From Vicugna vicugna (taxonomy: Eukaryota), in NCBI GenBank assembly GCA_013265495.1, contig MU058337.1, positions 7,298,716-7,344,088 of the forward strand: a DNA stretch of 45,373 nt. The letters are read 5' to 3'. The translations under genes were made by a program, and so were the position numbers. This document shows positions 11,001 to 22,727 of this stretch, piece after piece. Each line of letters opens with the position of its first letter. Within the stretch, counting starts at the first letter, position 1. Below the pieces are notes generated by a model. It did no database searches. It was not told where the DNA came from and was given only the letters and a program-made list of their open reading frames with translations.

Positions 11001-14000
11001 TGCTTAGAAACCTGAATTTTTGGCAGATAATTCAAGCATTCAGGAGGGCAGTGTGAATATCTGTTCTCCGGCTTATTTTGGGGGGTGTATATAGTGTCTT
11101 CTTTCTCCACGTCTTGTATAGCTGCTGCCCCGAATGGCATTTTGCAGAATCAGAGCCGAGCCTCTGTTTGGTGCACATGGGGTCTCATATAATTTTTTAG
11201 GCCGCAGCTGCATTTTCCTTGTCTCCGCCATGTAATGCTCTGAATTTGGGCTGGGTTTTTGTTTTTATTATTTGCTTTCTAAGGGGACTTGATGGTGCCT
11301 GCAGGTCCCCATGCTGTTCACTTCTTTGCTGCGTTAGGTTGGCAAGATTATGATATGTTTTTAACTGTTAGATCATAATCTTGAGGGAGAAAGTAATCTG
11401 TGAAATGTTAATACAGTTTTCAGCCTGTGGCATCAAAAAACATGCTCTGGAGAGAAGGAGCCTTTGTTCAAGGGAGTTGTCAGGTTTGAGTGGGTTGAAG
11501 CAGCAGATGAGGAACTTTTCACCTATAGTAGTGAAGTAATAGTGGCCTCGTTAGGGGCAGAAGAAATAAGGTGTGGAAAGGACACAAAACTCCAGCAGAA
11601 GCACCGCAGTCGGGGTGCAGACCTGCTCCATCGCTACACTGAGAACCCCCACGTACCCTCCCCCCCGTCCGCCCCACAGCGTCGCATTTGGTGACAGGAG
11701 GGGAAGTTGGGGGGAGTGGCAGAAGGTGGGGTTAAGAAGGGACTGCGGGTTCAGATCGACAGTGGGCGTGTGTGACATGAGTCTCAAGACGCTGTGTTTT
11801 CTGGGTTGTTTTAAGCAATGAAGGGGGACTATGAGCTTTAGGGGAGCTGAACTCTGCCCGCAGAGCAGATAGGGAGGTCCTGAGTCAGGTCTGCTGGAGG
11901 CTTACCTGCTGGGGGTCAGGTAGGGCGCGGCCGGGGAACCGCATGCTGAGGCAGTTTGGAGGTAGGAAAAGGGACTGAGGTGCAGGGTTTCCAGCTTTGG
12001 AAATGGTAGATAGTAACACTCTTAACAGTGGGGCCCACGAGGAAGGCCGGGGTGGGAGAGTCGGGCAGATGTGGAAGGAGAAGGTGGTAAACAGCCAGCA
12101 GAGACCTGTTGGCAGCAGGTGCGCCAGGCTGTGTGCCGCTGACTTGGTGGTGGCTGCCTGGGGCGCTGGGGTGAGGGGGATTCTGAGGCCGAGTTCAGCT
12201 CCAGGAGGAGAGTTCTGCCATTCACTTGGGATGCTTGCCAAGTTCAGAAGAGGGGGCACATCTGGTCCAGACCCAGCTGGACCGCGGTGCCCTCTCGCCT
12301 GTTGCTTGCTGCAGGGATGGTGATGTGATAAGGTGCAGGCATTAGAACACGTCAAATCTAGACAGTTTTCTTTGTCTTTTCTGGAGCTTGGCTTCAGCCC
12401 AGAGCAGTGTAGTGTGTGTGGCTGTGCACGTGGTACATCTGAAGCTCAGGAACTTTGAAAGTTGATTAGTGATGCCAAATGCATTTTTCATTGCCAGAAG
12501 TGATCAAAAGAACACAGTAATAGCTGTTCAGGTTTAAAAATATAAAATACTTAAGTCATCATAGGAGTATTTAAATGAATTCCCTCAAGGGATTATGAAA
12601 CAGGCTGAGTTGCCCCAGAAGCCTGAGCTCCAGAAGGGAGACCAGGAACGGCCTCTTGGGCTTGGTATGGGGAGCCGAGCATCGTACCCTTGGACTTCCC
12701 CATTGGAGGAGTCAGAATCCTGAAGGTCTGGGGACCCTTGCGGCCACGTGGCAGGGGGGCTGCTGCTCGTGCTGTGCACATGCTTGTTCTGTTGCTAAGA
12801 GACCCCAGGCTTTGGGGCAGCTGGTCACCCCGAAACTTCCATATCCCAGTGAGAAATGTCTGTGGAACCCTTGATTCCAGACCTCCAGGCGGCACGTGCC
12901 CTTGGCTTTTCTGGTCTTCCCACCATGCGGAGCCCAGTGAAGGTTTTCCTGGGCTTGTTGGGAACTGGACTTGGGAGCATTTTCAGAGCCCAGACCAGTG
13001 CCTGGGGCCCCCTGACCTGCGGGAAATGCGTCTTCTCATTATTTTGATCAGTTTTCAAGGATCCTGTCCTTAGGGTGATTATGCATAACAGTGCCCTGCT
13101 TTTCCTACATCTTGAAAAATAAACAAGACAAGGTGTGAGTGTGTAGAAAGACGCAGGATTTAGTGGACTAAAGATTAAAGAGACAGATGGCCTGGTGTTG
13201 TCATGATGAAAAGGGTGATGAAAAAAGACGAGAAAATGAAGCTACGAGAAGTAGGAAAACCAAGTGTCACTTCCTGGAAGTTTTCACTTAACCCTGAGGC
13301 TACCCCAGGTGGGAAGTTGGGCTGTTCCTTGACAGAGAGAGGAAGGTTTGGAGGGACATGGAGAGGTGTGTGTGGAGGAGAGACGGCAGTCTTGGAGGGC
13401 CTTGTTCTGCAGACACTGCCCGGGACATGTCTGATCCCTCGGTTGGTGGGTCCCCCCTCTTACCTGCGTTTACTGTGGAGAGATGCTGTTTCTGCTGTTT
13501 CTCTGTCTCCAGCGCTTCCCACAGAGGAGGAAGCACAGACTGCTAGATGTTGAGTAGTTCACAGACCACGTAGGTTACTAACCATATGCATGAGATTCAC
13601 GACCCATGAGAAGCGTCTTCCTTCTCTGCCTTCGAATATTGATCTCCCAGCTCAGCTCCTGAATGGGCAGGTTGCACTGGGCCTTTCAGTGATGTTCTGG
13701 AGCGAACAGTCTGGGACCTGAGGAGTGGGCTGTGCAGATAGTACCCAGCCCCGTCCTCCAGTCATCCAGCCTCCTTGCTCTGGGAGAGGGGGATGGTAGG
13801 TAGGTGAGGGTCCTCTGTGTGTTTTGACTCCTGCCTGGGGACCGGTTGCCCTTCAGGCACATGGGATGGGTGGGTTGAAGGGCCAGCAGATCTTTCTGAT
13901 CTGGGATGATGACCCGTGCGTGATGCAGCTTAAATCTTTCTGAAAAGAGAATTCTCAGGATGCTTGGCAGGTTGGCACATTTCTCACCAAGGAGATCAAC

Positions 14001-14179
14001 TTTCTTCTGAGGACAGATTCTGGCAGCAGAATCTCAGAGTTCCTTTTTTGGACTTGGTCATCTCTGGCATGGATTTCCTTGTCGCCAGAGGGCTGCAGTG
14101 CATGGTAATGAGGTTATGCAAGAGTTGCCTCATGCACGACGTTTGGGCCTTAGCTGGGATCCCTGCACTGGCCGTGATG

Positions 14180-14405
14180 GGCCTCTTGCTGCTGGCTCGC
14201 TCACTCCCAGCCTTGCCAGCCCTCTGGGCCTCGGCTCAGAGGTTGATACCTTCTGCTGGTCAAACAAGTGACGAAACCAGCCCAGACTCAAGGGGTGGGG
14301 CCCCAGACTCTGTTTCTTGCTGGAGGACTGCCAAAGTCATGTTGCAAAAGGGTGTGGACACAGGCAGGACTCACTGGCGGTTATTTTTGTAACAGCCTCC
14401 CACAC
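14180..14405 (-). mobile_element. MLT1 (old MaLR) LTR fragment
   Basis: CAAGTGAC...CAGCCCAGACTCAAGGGGTGGGG...GCCAAAGTCATGTTGCAAAAGGGTGTGGACACAGG, ending CCCACA. Confidence 0.7.
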
Positions 14406-14614
14406 TCATCTCTGACATTGTAGAGGTTTGAATAAATTCTTGTTGACTTTGTTTTTTTTTTTTTTAACTCACGAAAAGGACATGCTACTGTTTTTCTTAG
14501 GGTGGTGGTGGGGCAGTTAATGGAGGAATCGGGTCAGCTGACCTAAAACAAGCCTTGTTTTCTCGACACGTCGTCTTGCTAGGGCTGCCTGGCTTCTCCC
14601 CCGGGTCTCCTAAG

Positions 14615-14777
14615 CAGTGGTTCTCAAAGCTTGGTCCCAGACCAGCTTCACCTGGGCGCTGTCTGATTCTGGGGCCCCACCAGATTTCACTGAGGCAGAA
14701 CCTTTTGGGAGTGGCAGGCAGTCTGGAGTCTAGCAAGCCCTCCAGGAGAGCCTGACGCTAAGATTTGAGAATCACTG
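14615..14777. mobile_element. MER5A-like hAT MITE with both terminal inverted repeats
   Basis: TIRs CAGTGGTTCTCAAA / TTTGAGAATCACTG. Degenerate 8-bp TSD CTCCTAAG / CTCCTGGG. Confidence 0.85.
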
Positions 14778-15567
14778 CTCCTGGGTGTACGCGTGGCTTT
14801 TACCTCCTTTCTGACCAGTTCGCCCTCTCCCAGGCTCTCTGTCTCCTAGAATTAGTGTATTCTTGGTGTCAGTGTAAGACTGTGGTTTTTTGTTTTTGTT
14901 TTTGTTTTATTGCCCAGAGGACCCTTACTAACCATCTGTCCCTGTGCCCAGGCACACGGGTATAGAAGTAAGACGTGAGCCCTGAACACCTCAGTGTGGC
15001 ATGGGAGGCAGTGTGCCGTGGGAGGGTAGCCAGTCCCGCGGGCACGATGACACGTTCAGTTCATACATGCCGAGCTTGCGGCACCCGGGTCAAAAGAGGT
15101 ACCTAGCAAGTGATTGATCTTAGGAGTTAAAAACTCAGAAGGCAGGGCTGGAGCCAGCAGTTGGAAAGTTACCATATACATGATAATTTACAACAGTTTT
15201 TTCTCAAAAGTGCCTGTGCAGTGGGGGTCTTTTAAAAATATGGATTATGCAACCCCCCTCCACCCCCCTTAGGACTGTGAGAGTGTTTGGGGATCTCTCA
15301 GTGTCCCAGGAGATTCTGACCAGCCAGGTGTGAGGAAACGTTGTCCCAAAGCCTGGGGAGAAGAAGGACAGAGAGAACCAGAGGCCAGGTCTGGAACCTG
15401 GGGTAAGGTGGCGGGGTGGATGGCCTTAATGACGGACCAGCACAGGGAGAGTCTGTGCGTGGAGGATCAGTCCTTGAAAGATAATGGTCTATGTGTTATC
15501 ACCACAAGGAAGAGCAGTCAGTCCTGCGAGTTACTCAAGTTTCCCTCCTTTTCTGTCTCTCCTACAG

Positions 15568-15798
15568 AATCTAAAAGCAGATCCTGAAGAGCTTTTTACC
15601 AAACTGGAGAAGATCGGGAAGGGCTCTTTTGGTGAGGTGTTCAAAGGCATTGACAATCGGACTCAGAAAGTAGTCGCAATAAAAATCATTGATCTGGAAG
15701 AGGCTGAAGACGAGATAGAGGACATTCAACAGGAAATCACAGTGCTGAGTCAGTGTGACAGTCCGTACGTCACCAAATATTATGGCTCCTACCTGAAG
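15568..15798 (+). CDS. STK24: STK24/MST3 coding exon 2 (kinase N-lobe: Gly-rich loop, VAIK lysine, alphaC helix)
   Basis: Pyrimidine tract + CCTACAG acceptor ends at 15567; donor is AAG|GTAAGG at 15799. 231 nt = 77 codons, phase 0-0: [90 protein letters not shown] and DSPYV match MST3 rather than STK25 or STK26 as I recall them. Confidence 0.97.
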
Positions 15799-16874
15799 GT
15801 AAGGCTTAAAAATGCAGACGCGATTTTCCATGACGCAGCACCTGCCTGAGATGCGAGCCGCATGCGGAAAGGACTTCAGTGAATAGCACAGCAGGTTTTC
15901 AGAGGAAGAGAAATGTTCCGACCTTTGTAGTCAGAAGAACCAGGCTCTGACGGTTTTATCATCTTGAATGTCACTGATAGAAATATATTTTTAGTAAAAG
16001 TGTTTGATGTTTGACATTCCCTTTCAAATTAGAAAGTATTTCTCAGAGTTTGTCGTCAGAAACACATTTCTTATTAAGCTATTCTAACAACAACCATTAA
16101 TCACCCAATTTTAGCATGGTTTATGAATTTATGATTAAAAACTTAGGCCAACCTAAGATTAGCCTTTTGATACTTTCAGTTATCAAATGTGACTTAATTT
16201 TAATGCTATTTTTAAAAGCTGCTATGAATTGAGAATATTGATTAGTGAGCTGGTTTATCTCCATTTGACTTCTAAGAATTCTAGGTTAGTAGATAATTAG
16301 ATAAAATAGTTGCAGTACAGTACTATAAATTGCCTTTGACCTTCCCCACAGTTCTTTAAAGAATTGTATTAAAAATGATCCCCCAGTCCCGTGTAGAACC
16401 GTGTCATAGTAATCATGTTCTACCACTAAAAAGGTCTAAGACTGCCTCTTGTGTTTCTAGTTCCTTGACATACCCCTGTTTTACTGCACTTAGAAATGTA
16501 GTATCTTTCAAATGGAGTTTTGGAAATCTTAAGTATTGGTTAAAAAACAGAAAATTCTGAAACAATTCTTGTGGAAAACAAACCTTCGCAGGGTAGAAAG
16601 AACTTCTTCCTGAAGGGGGCAGCAGTAAGCCCGACAGTGTGAGACCCTGCCTCCTGGGTTGATCCTCTGAATTCTCCGTGTTGTAGCCCTCTGCCTGCTC
16701 CGACGTCAGAGGGATAGTGCAGGCTTAGGTGTTGTGGAAATGTGGTGGTAAGGTATGGATGGAAGGATGCAAAATTTGAGAACCATTGGGTCACTAAATA
16801 TTTAAAGGAAATAAAAATTGATTGGTAATTCTGTGTTTTCTCATTGCCTGAAGAATGGCAGTATGACATAGGTC

Positions 16875-17090
16875 AATGCAGCGTTTTGAAATGGGGAGAA
16901 TACGTTTCGGAGTCCAGTTGTCCTGGACTTGAATCTTGCTTGTCCTGCTGTGTGGCCTTGAGTTTAAGCTTCCTTGCTTCCTCATTTGTAAAATGGAAAA
17001 TTATGGTATACACCTCACTGTTGTGAAGATTAAATGGAATTAAGGATGTAAAAGTACCTGGCACATAGAAGGTACTTAACAAGTGTTAAT
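16875..17090 (+). mobile_element. MIR, near full length
   Basis: GCTGTGTGGCCTTG...CTTCCTCATTTGTAAAATGG...GTTGTGAAGATTAAATG...CCTGGCACATAG...ACTTAACAAGTG. Confidence 0.85.
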
Positions 17091-17789
17091 TTCCTTCTTT
17101 AATTGGTTGGGTTTATTCCCACCTCATCTCTGAAATTACCTTACGATGAAGGACGCATCCACTAAGGTGGAAGCAAGGAGGAGCAAGCTTGCCAACAGTG
17201 GCAGTGGGTGTGGCTGTGGGGAGCAGCCAGTTTGGGTCTTGACAGAAAGGGAAGCCCTGTAAGTTTTACCATTTTCATGATGCAAAGAGGAGAGACGCGA
17301 CTTCCACATGGGAAAGCGAAGTTCTTCTCGATGTTAACGTTCTACTGAGAGAAAGCAAACAGCCGAAGAGACTCAACTTGAACTCTGTCTACTGTATCAC
17401 TTTGTGAAATGACTTCAAAGTAGTTTTATACTGAAGTCAGAGCTGGGTTTCATGTGGTCTGCTGACATTGTATTTTAATATGACTTATGGTAATTTTGGC
17501 AAAGGAAGTGTGAAGATCTTCACAAATTTTTGCTGACTTACACCAACTGATATTTAACTATAGAAGTTAAGGATCAATGGTTCGAAAGTATTGCCTTCAA
17601 CTTCAGCTCCTCAGCAGAATTCTTACTGCATGCTGGAGTAGATTGCTTTATTGTGGCCAAATGTGATGCCACCTTGACTGTACATGTCTAGAGAGTCCAC
17701 CTGGTATGTCCCTTCTTCCCTGAGTCACTAATTCCAAGTCAGTCTAACCTTCATCTAGAGTTTCCCAGTGTGTTTATCAGCTTATCAGA

Positions 17790-18187
17790 TTTATCAACAT
17801 AATATCAGCTGCTAGCATAAACACCCTAAATTTTTAATGGCTCAGATACGACAGAAGTTTATTTCTTGCGCCCTGATCCTGGGTGGTTTTCCTCCAGTTA
17901 CTCAGGAACCCAAGTTCCTTCTGTCCTGTGGTTCTTCCTTCCTTCCATCCTCCACATGTGGCTGTGCTCGTCAGGTGTAAGTCATCATGGGGGCAGAAAC
18001 TGGAGGCTCCTGTGGGGAGTTTTCCTGCCCAGGCCTGGGCACAGCACCTTGTTTCCATGCACATCCCCCGGCCCGAGCTCGAGCACACGGCCACACCCCA
18101 CCCAGGGGAGGCTGGGAAGTGCCACCCAGTCGTGTACCACGTGGAGGAGGAGGTGGGCTTGATGCTTCACTAGATGTCCTTTCCACA
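17790..18187 (-). mobile_element. MLT1 (K/L-like) LTR
   Basis: AATGGCTCAG...AAGTTTATTTCTTGC, ACTCAGGAACCCAAGTTCCTTC, CACGGCCACACC...GGAGGCTGGGAAGTG, ending TTCCACA. Confidence 0.65.
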
Positions 18188-19499
18188 AAGCCACTCTAGA
18201 GGAAGTAGAGTGACTTCTGGAATGATTTTTTCCTCTGACTGTCTTCAGGTAGGATGGGAAGTTGTAATAATTTTGTCTGTAGTGCTGTATATATTTTACC
18301 AGGCAGACTGGCCTTCAGGAAATAGAACTGCCTCAAGAATTCCAGGAGTAATATCGCCACTGTGAAAAGTTGCCCTTAATTTCTTAAACCTTTCTGTTGA
18401 ATTTGACGAAAATAAACAGGGCAAGACTCCAGACCTGTGGTTCTGCCTGTTCTCGTGTAACAGAGTCTCATAAAGTTCCTGGGCCCAGAGGAGACCCTCA
18501 TTGATGAGCCAGGGGCTGTTTTCCCATCATCTCTGGGGATTATGAAGTTTAATTAGCATGGTCCAAACTGTTGAGTAAGATACAAATTAATGTGTCATAT
18601 AAAACAAATGGTCTTGGACACAAAGTAGGGAATAACTGTTTGGTGAGGTTTTCATTGCCCTCCTGAACAGCCCCTGGCTTTCAGAGCTGGGATTCTGCGT
18701 TGTTTGGGTGGTGATGGGGAGAGGGCCTCAGGAATTCGCCTCGTGTTAGGGACTTTTACATGGCGGGATTGCATAAAGAAATTAGAAGCTGGCTTCTTCA
18801 TTGCTGGGTTAGCATCAGGAGGTCTCATAATTATGTTTTAGTTTTAGTCATAGAAGAAGAGATTAAAGACAATGGATAAGCGGTCAAAATGTGCTGAATG
18901 TTGCTGAAGATCAGGAGATTGGAGTTAATTTTGACTGTGTAGCTCTGATCAAACCACAGAATTGCTGTGTAGCATGTTTTTTCCCCAAATGGTGAAAACA
19001 AAACCAACATTGACAATTTAGGGAGGAGGGGGAGTAAATGCATCAGTGAAAACTTACGTTTATATGATGAGTCTGAGGCCTGGAAAGGTCTTGAAGGTGA
19101 TCATGCACCACAGAAGAACCCCGTTCGTTGTAGTTTGTTTGATTCTGGGGAGATTAGACCAGCCGGACTACTAGCCAGAAGCCTTTGCAGCCCGTCTGCT
19201 ACACCGCTGGCGCTTTCTCCCGCAGAAGTACCGCCCACGGCGTCATCATGTGGCCCTGTGCGTGTGTGCGTTTGGGAGGGGGGTGGTTTGGGAGTGGTGT
19301 GCAGGAGAGAGAGACTTTCGGTTTTATAGTTTAATTAGGCAGTGAAGACATAATAAGATTGTAGCAGTGGACGGCATGATGTCATGGAGTCTAAGTCTGA
19401 TTTCTTTTTAAGCAGTACTCATCGTGCTGCTCGTTTGTTCAGCAGTAACGTGGAGATTGCCAGCCTTTTAGCATCTCTGCTTTGAGATTCACTTATAGT

Positions 19500-19680
19500 C
19501 ATAAGCCAGGATTTTTGTCTGTGATCCCTGTGCAGGTACTTAACTGTCTGCATGTTTTTCCCACTGCTGACTTCCTCAAGGACAGATGCAGATAAATATA
19601 CTTACCTTACAGGATTACTGTAAAGATCGAGATTATAGGTAAAATACCTGGCATGTTAGGAGATTTTCAGTAAATGATAA
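19500..19680 (+). mobile_element. MIR
   Basis: TACTTAAC...TACTTACCTTACAGGATTACTGTAAAGAT...CCTGGCATG...CAGTAAATG. Confidence 0.55.
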
Positions 19681-19859
19681 CTTTTCCCTTAATAAAAAAA
19701 TTCTTAAATTACCTTGCCAAATGACTCATAATCACAAATCTTAAAAACATTATTAGCATTCTAAGCATTAGGTTTATTATTTTCTTTTGTAGTAAATTAT
19801 TTAATACTCCCAAACATCGGGCCAGTTTAGCCAAAGCAAACTAGGTGCAATGCAAAAAA

Positions 19860-19879
19860 AATAATAATAATAATAATAA
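19860..19879. repeat. (AAT)6 microsatellite
   Basis: Read directly from the sequence. Confidence 0.85.
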
Positions 19880-20499
19880 AATGCTGCATTTATCAAACCT
19901 TTACTTCTCCTAGTTATTTTTGTTATAGTATCGATATGAAGGAAATATGTCCGTTGAGTGAATAGTTGTTTTATAGTTGATTCACTTCCTTTACTTAAAA
20001 ACTTTTAGGGTTGTTTTGCCAACTGGATTCATCTGAAAACTAGTACAGGCAAGTTCTTTGATATGTTTTAGTGTCGTATGTAAGTATGGTTATTCCGTTA
20101 AGGGGTTGATTGTGTATTATATACATTACAGACACACGTCGGAGTAATTTTTTAAAGTTATGTTCTTTGGACTTCTGATTTACCTTTTTTTTTTTTTCCT
20201 TCCCCTCTTCCTTACCCAAAGGGAAATAGTAGTTCCTGATGAAATAGGAAACCCAGTCGTTTTACCCTTAGGGAAGGAGGTAAAGAAATGTTCTGTAAAT
20301 GATGGGCCCCTTGTGACTGAGGCTCCTGGGGAGGCTGCCCCGTCTTCACTTCTTGTTCCAGCATAACTATACAGCTGTCTCTTTACTTTCAGAAGCATCC
20401 TGGTTTGGACAATAGACTATAATCATCTTGTTACGCTTTGTATTGTTACGCTTTATACCCAGAAAAGACCAAAACAAAATTGCAGTCTTTCCCTTGCCC

Positions 20500-21514
20500 A
20501 TATTCATACTGTGTTATCATTCCGTGGTCTCTGTATAATTTGTTCCCACTTGGGGCTGTTATGAATAATGTTGTGATGCACATTAGTGTACAAGTGCTGT
20601 GTAGAAATGTTTTCATTCTGTTGGGTGTGTACCTAGGACTGGGACTGTTGGCTTATATGGTAACTCTGTGTTTACCCTTTCGGGGAACTGCCAGGCTGTT
20701 TTCCAAAAGTACCGGCACCATTTTACATTCCCACCAGCAGTGAGTTAAGGGTTCTGATTTCTCCACATCCTCATTGAATTCTTTATCATGGCCGCCCTAG
20801 CGGGTATAGGTGGCATCTCATTGTAGCTTTGACTTACATTTCCCTCGTGGCTAATCATGTTGCGCCTGGTTTGTCTACTTGTTGCCAACACTGATGTAAA
20901 ACTTCCCAGTTTTTCTCAATCTCATAAGTGTAATGTAGTGTTTTATTATGCTTATTTGAATTTCTTTTAATAGGTTTGAGTGTCTTTCCATATATTCTTT
21001 GCTTTTAGGATTTCTTGCTCGGTTGAATTTTGTTCACATCTTTTGTGAAGTTTTCCACTGGCTTTCCCGTGTTGCATTGTTTAATACCAGTTCTAGATAT
21101 CACAAGTATTTTCTCTGACTCTGTTGCACTTTTAACGTTGAGGTGTCTTCTTGTTGAAAAAAATCCTTAATTTTAATGTGGTTAAATCCATTAATTTTTA
21201 ACTGTCTGATTTCTGCTTTTGGGGATCCTGTTTAAGGAATCCACTAGTTTCCCTAAGGTTAAAAATAGAATACATTTTTTTTCTTCTGTTGGCTTTATAA
21301 TTTTACCTGTTACATTTAGGTCTTTTATCTGTCTGGTGTACAGTATGAAGTAGGGATTTTTTTATTCTCCATGTAGAGATAAGTTGTATTTATTGTATAA
21401 AATAGTGTTTTCTTCCCTCATATATGATGTTTTATTATACACCAAAGTCCCATGTATTTCTAGGCCTCTTTCTGAGTTTTCAGTTCTATTCCTGGACCAG
21501 TATCGTTCATTCAT

Positions 21515-21550
<36 letters not shown>

Positions 21551-21760
21551 TTGTGTGAGCTTTAATACAGTTAAAAAATTTTTTGCATAAAGAACCTGCA
21601 GATTCATAGGTTGGTTCCTAGACACGTAGTTTTTATTGTTATTTTGAATGATGTATTTTTAGGCTGGTTATTGCTTAGTTAAGGGAATGAGTATGATTTT
21701 TCCCCCCACCTTGTTTCTGTCAATCTTGCTGAACTCCTGCACAGTTCTTTATAAGTTTGA
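20500..21760 (-). mobile_element. Old L1M fragments (ORF2 3' region), probably two pieces
   Basis: GGGGCTGTTATGAATAATG...CATTTTACATTCCCACCAGCAGTG...CATCTCATTGT in 20540-20870, then more decayed T-rich L1 sequence (TTACATTTAGGTCT, TTTCTGAGTTTTCAGTTCTATTCC). Confidence 0.75.
21516..21549. repeat. (GT)17 microsatellite
   Basis: Read directly from the sequence. Confidence 0.97.
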
Positions 21761-22184
21761 ATTTACTGTCATATTAAATATGCTTCATACGTTGGTTTTA
21801 AGTTCCACTTTGGTACTTTCCCTCTGTGTTTTGGGCCAAGTGGGTTTATGGGATAATACAGCTTCAGCTTGAGGGAACAGAATTTGGGCTTGGGGGAAAG
21901 TCTGGTTTTGAGAAATATCATGAACGAGCTGGAGATGATGTCTGGTTAGAAAGGAGGGCGATGGTTTGCCTTTTTCATTCTTTTCTAGCCATTCTGACCC
22001 CATGTTCAAGATCTGGAGATGACCTACCTCTGAAGATTGGTCCCGACTCGGAGTGAAACTGGCAGTGTGGTCACCTGGTTGGACCTGTGTCCTTTTCTGC
22101 AAATAAAGAGACTGGGCGCATTTAAATGCCTTCCAGTTCTACCTTGGCTTAGCTTGCCATTTAATAAAGCATTTCTTGTGCACA

Positions 22185-22345
22185 GAGAAATTAGAACCAT
22201 TGGTTATTACAGCAGGAAAGGACCTCAGAGGCTCCTGGCCCCCACTGTTTATTCTCTAGATGAGAAATGGTGGCGCGGAGGAGAAGTGATTCCCAGGGTG
22301 GGTGGTTGAGCTGGGGCACAGGGCCAGAGGTTCCTGATTCCTGTT
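22185..22345 (-). mobile_element. MIRc/MIR3 fragment
   Basis: GGAAAGGACCTCAGAGG...CTAGATGAGAAA...GAAGTGATTCCCAGGG...CCTGATTCC. Confidence 0.55.
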
Positions 22346-22559
22346 GCACCAATGGCCACCCTGCACCTGACTGCTGTCCCCCCAGGTTCTGCTCTCCTTT
22401 GTCCTTACGGGAAACCCTCCTACAGAGGGTTGCCGATGTTCAGTGGGTGGCTGAGCCCATTTGATGGAAGCTAAACTATTCCTTCCCGAGGAGGGAGTGC
22501 TCCATGGCTGCTTAGTGAGCCTGCCGCCCTCTCCTCCCCTTCGGGGATGATGGAGCACC

Positions 22560-22727
22560 TGCAGGAGTGCAGTCTGGTGGCATCACCTGAGGAGTTTAAA
22601 GTTCCTGAGTCCTGGCCCCACCCTCAGACTCGCTTGTCTTTGTTCTCAGCTGGGTGGGGCCTGGATGATGGAAACTGTAAGAGCTTCCTGGAGATTGTAA
22701 TGTGAAGTCAGGGGTGAAAACCTCTGA
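22560..22727. mobile_element. MER5-type MITE
   Basis: ATCACCTGAGGAG...GGCCCCACCCTCAGA...GGGTGGGGCCTGG...GGAGATTGTAATGTGAAGTCAGGGGTGAAAACCTCTG. Confidence 0.65.

Larger units (their letters stand above)
1..15567 (+). other. STK24: STK24 intron 1, 3' part (first exon lies outside the window or was not recognised)
   Basis: Ends in the exon 2 acceptor. I did not find an N-terminal MAHSPVQSGLPGMQ-coding exon upstream in the window. Confidence 0.8.

Noticed and set aside
15743..15752. Perfect NF-E2/MAF motif TGCTGAGTCA inside exon 2
   Set aside because: Explained by the codons for V-L-S-Q; no independent evidence of regulatory use.
15484..15849. 121-aa ORF read as a standalone small kinase gene
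   Set aside because: Only 15568-15798 is exonic; the flanks are intron read-through past canonical splice sites.
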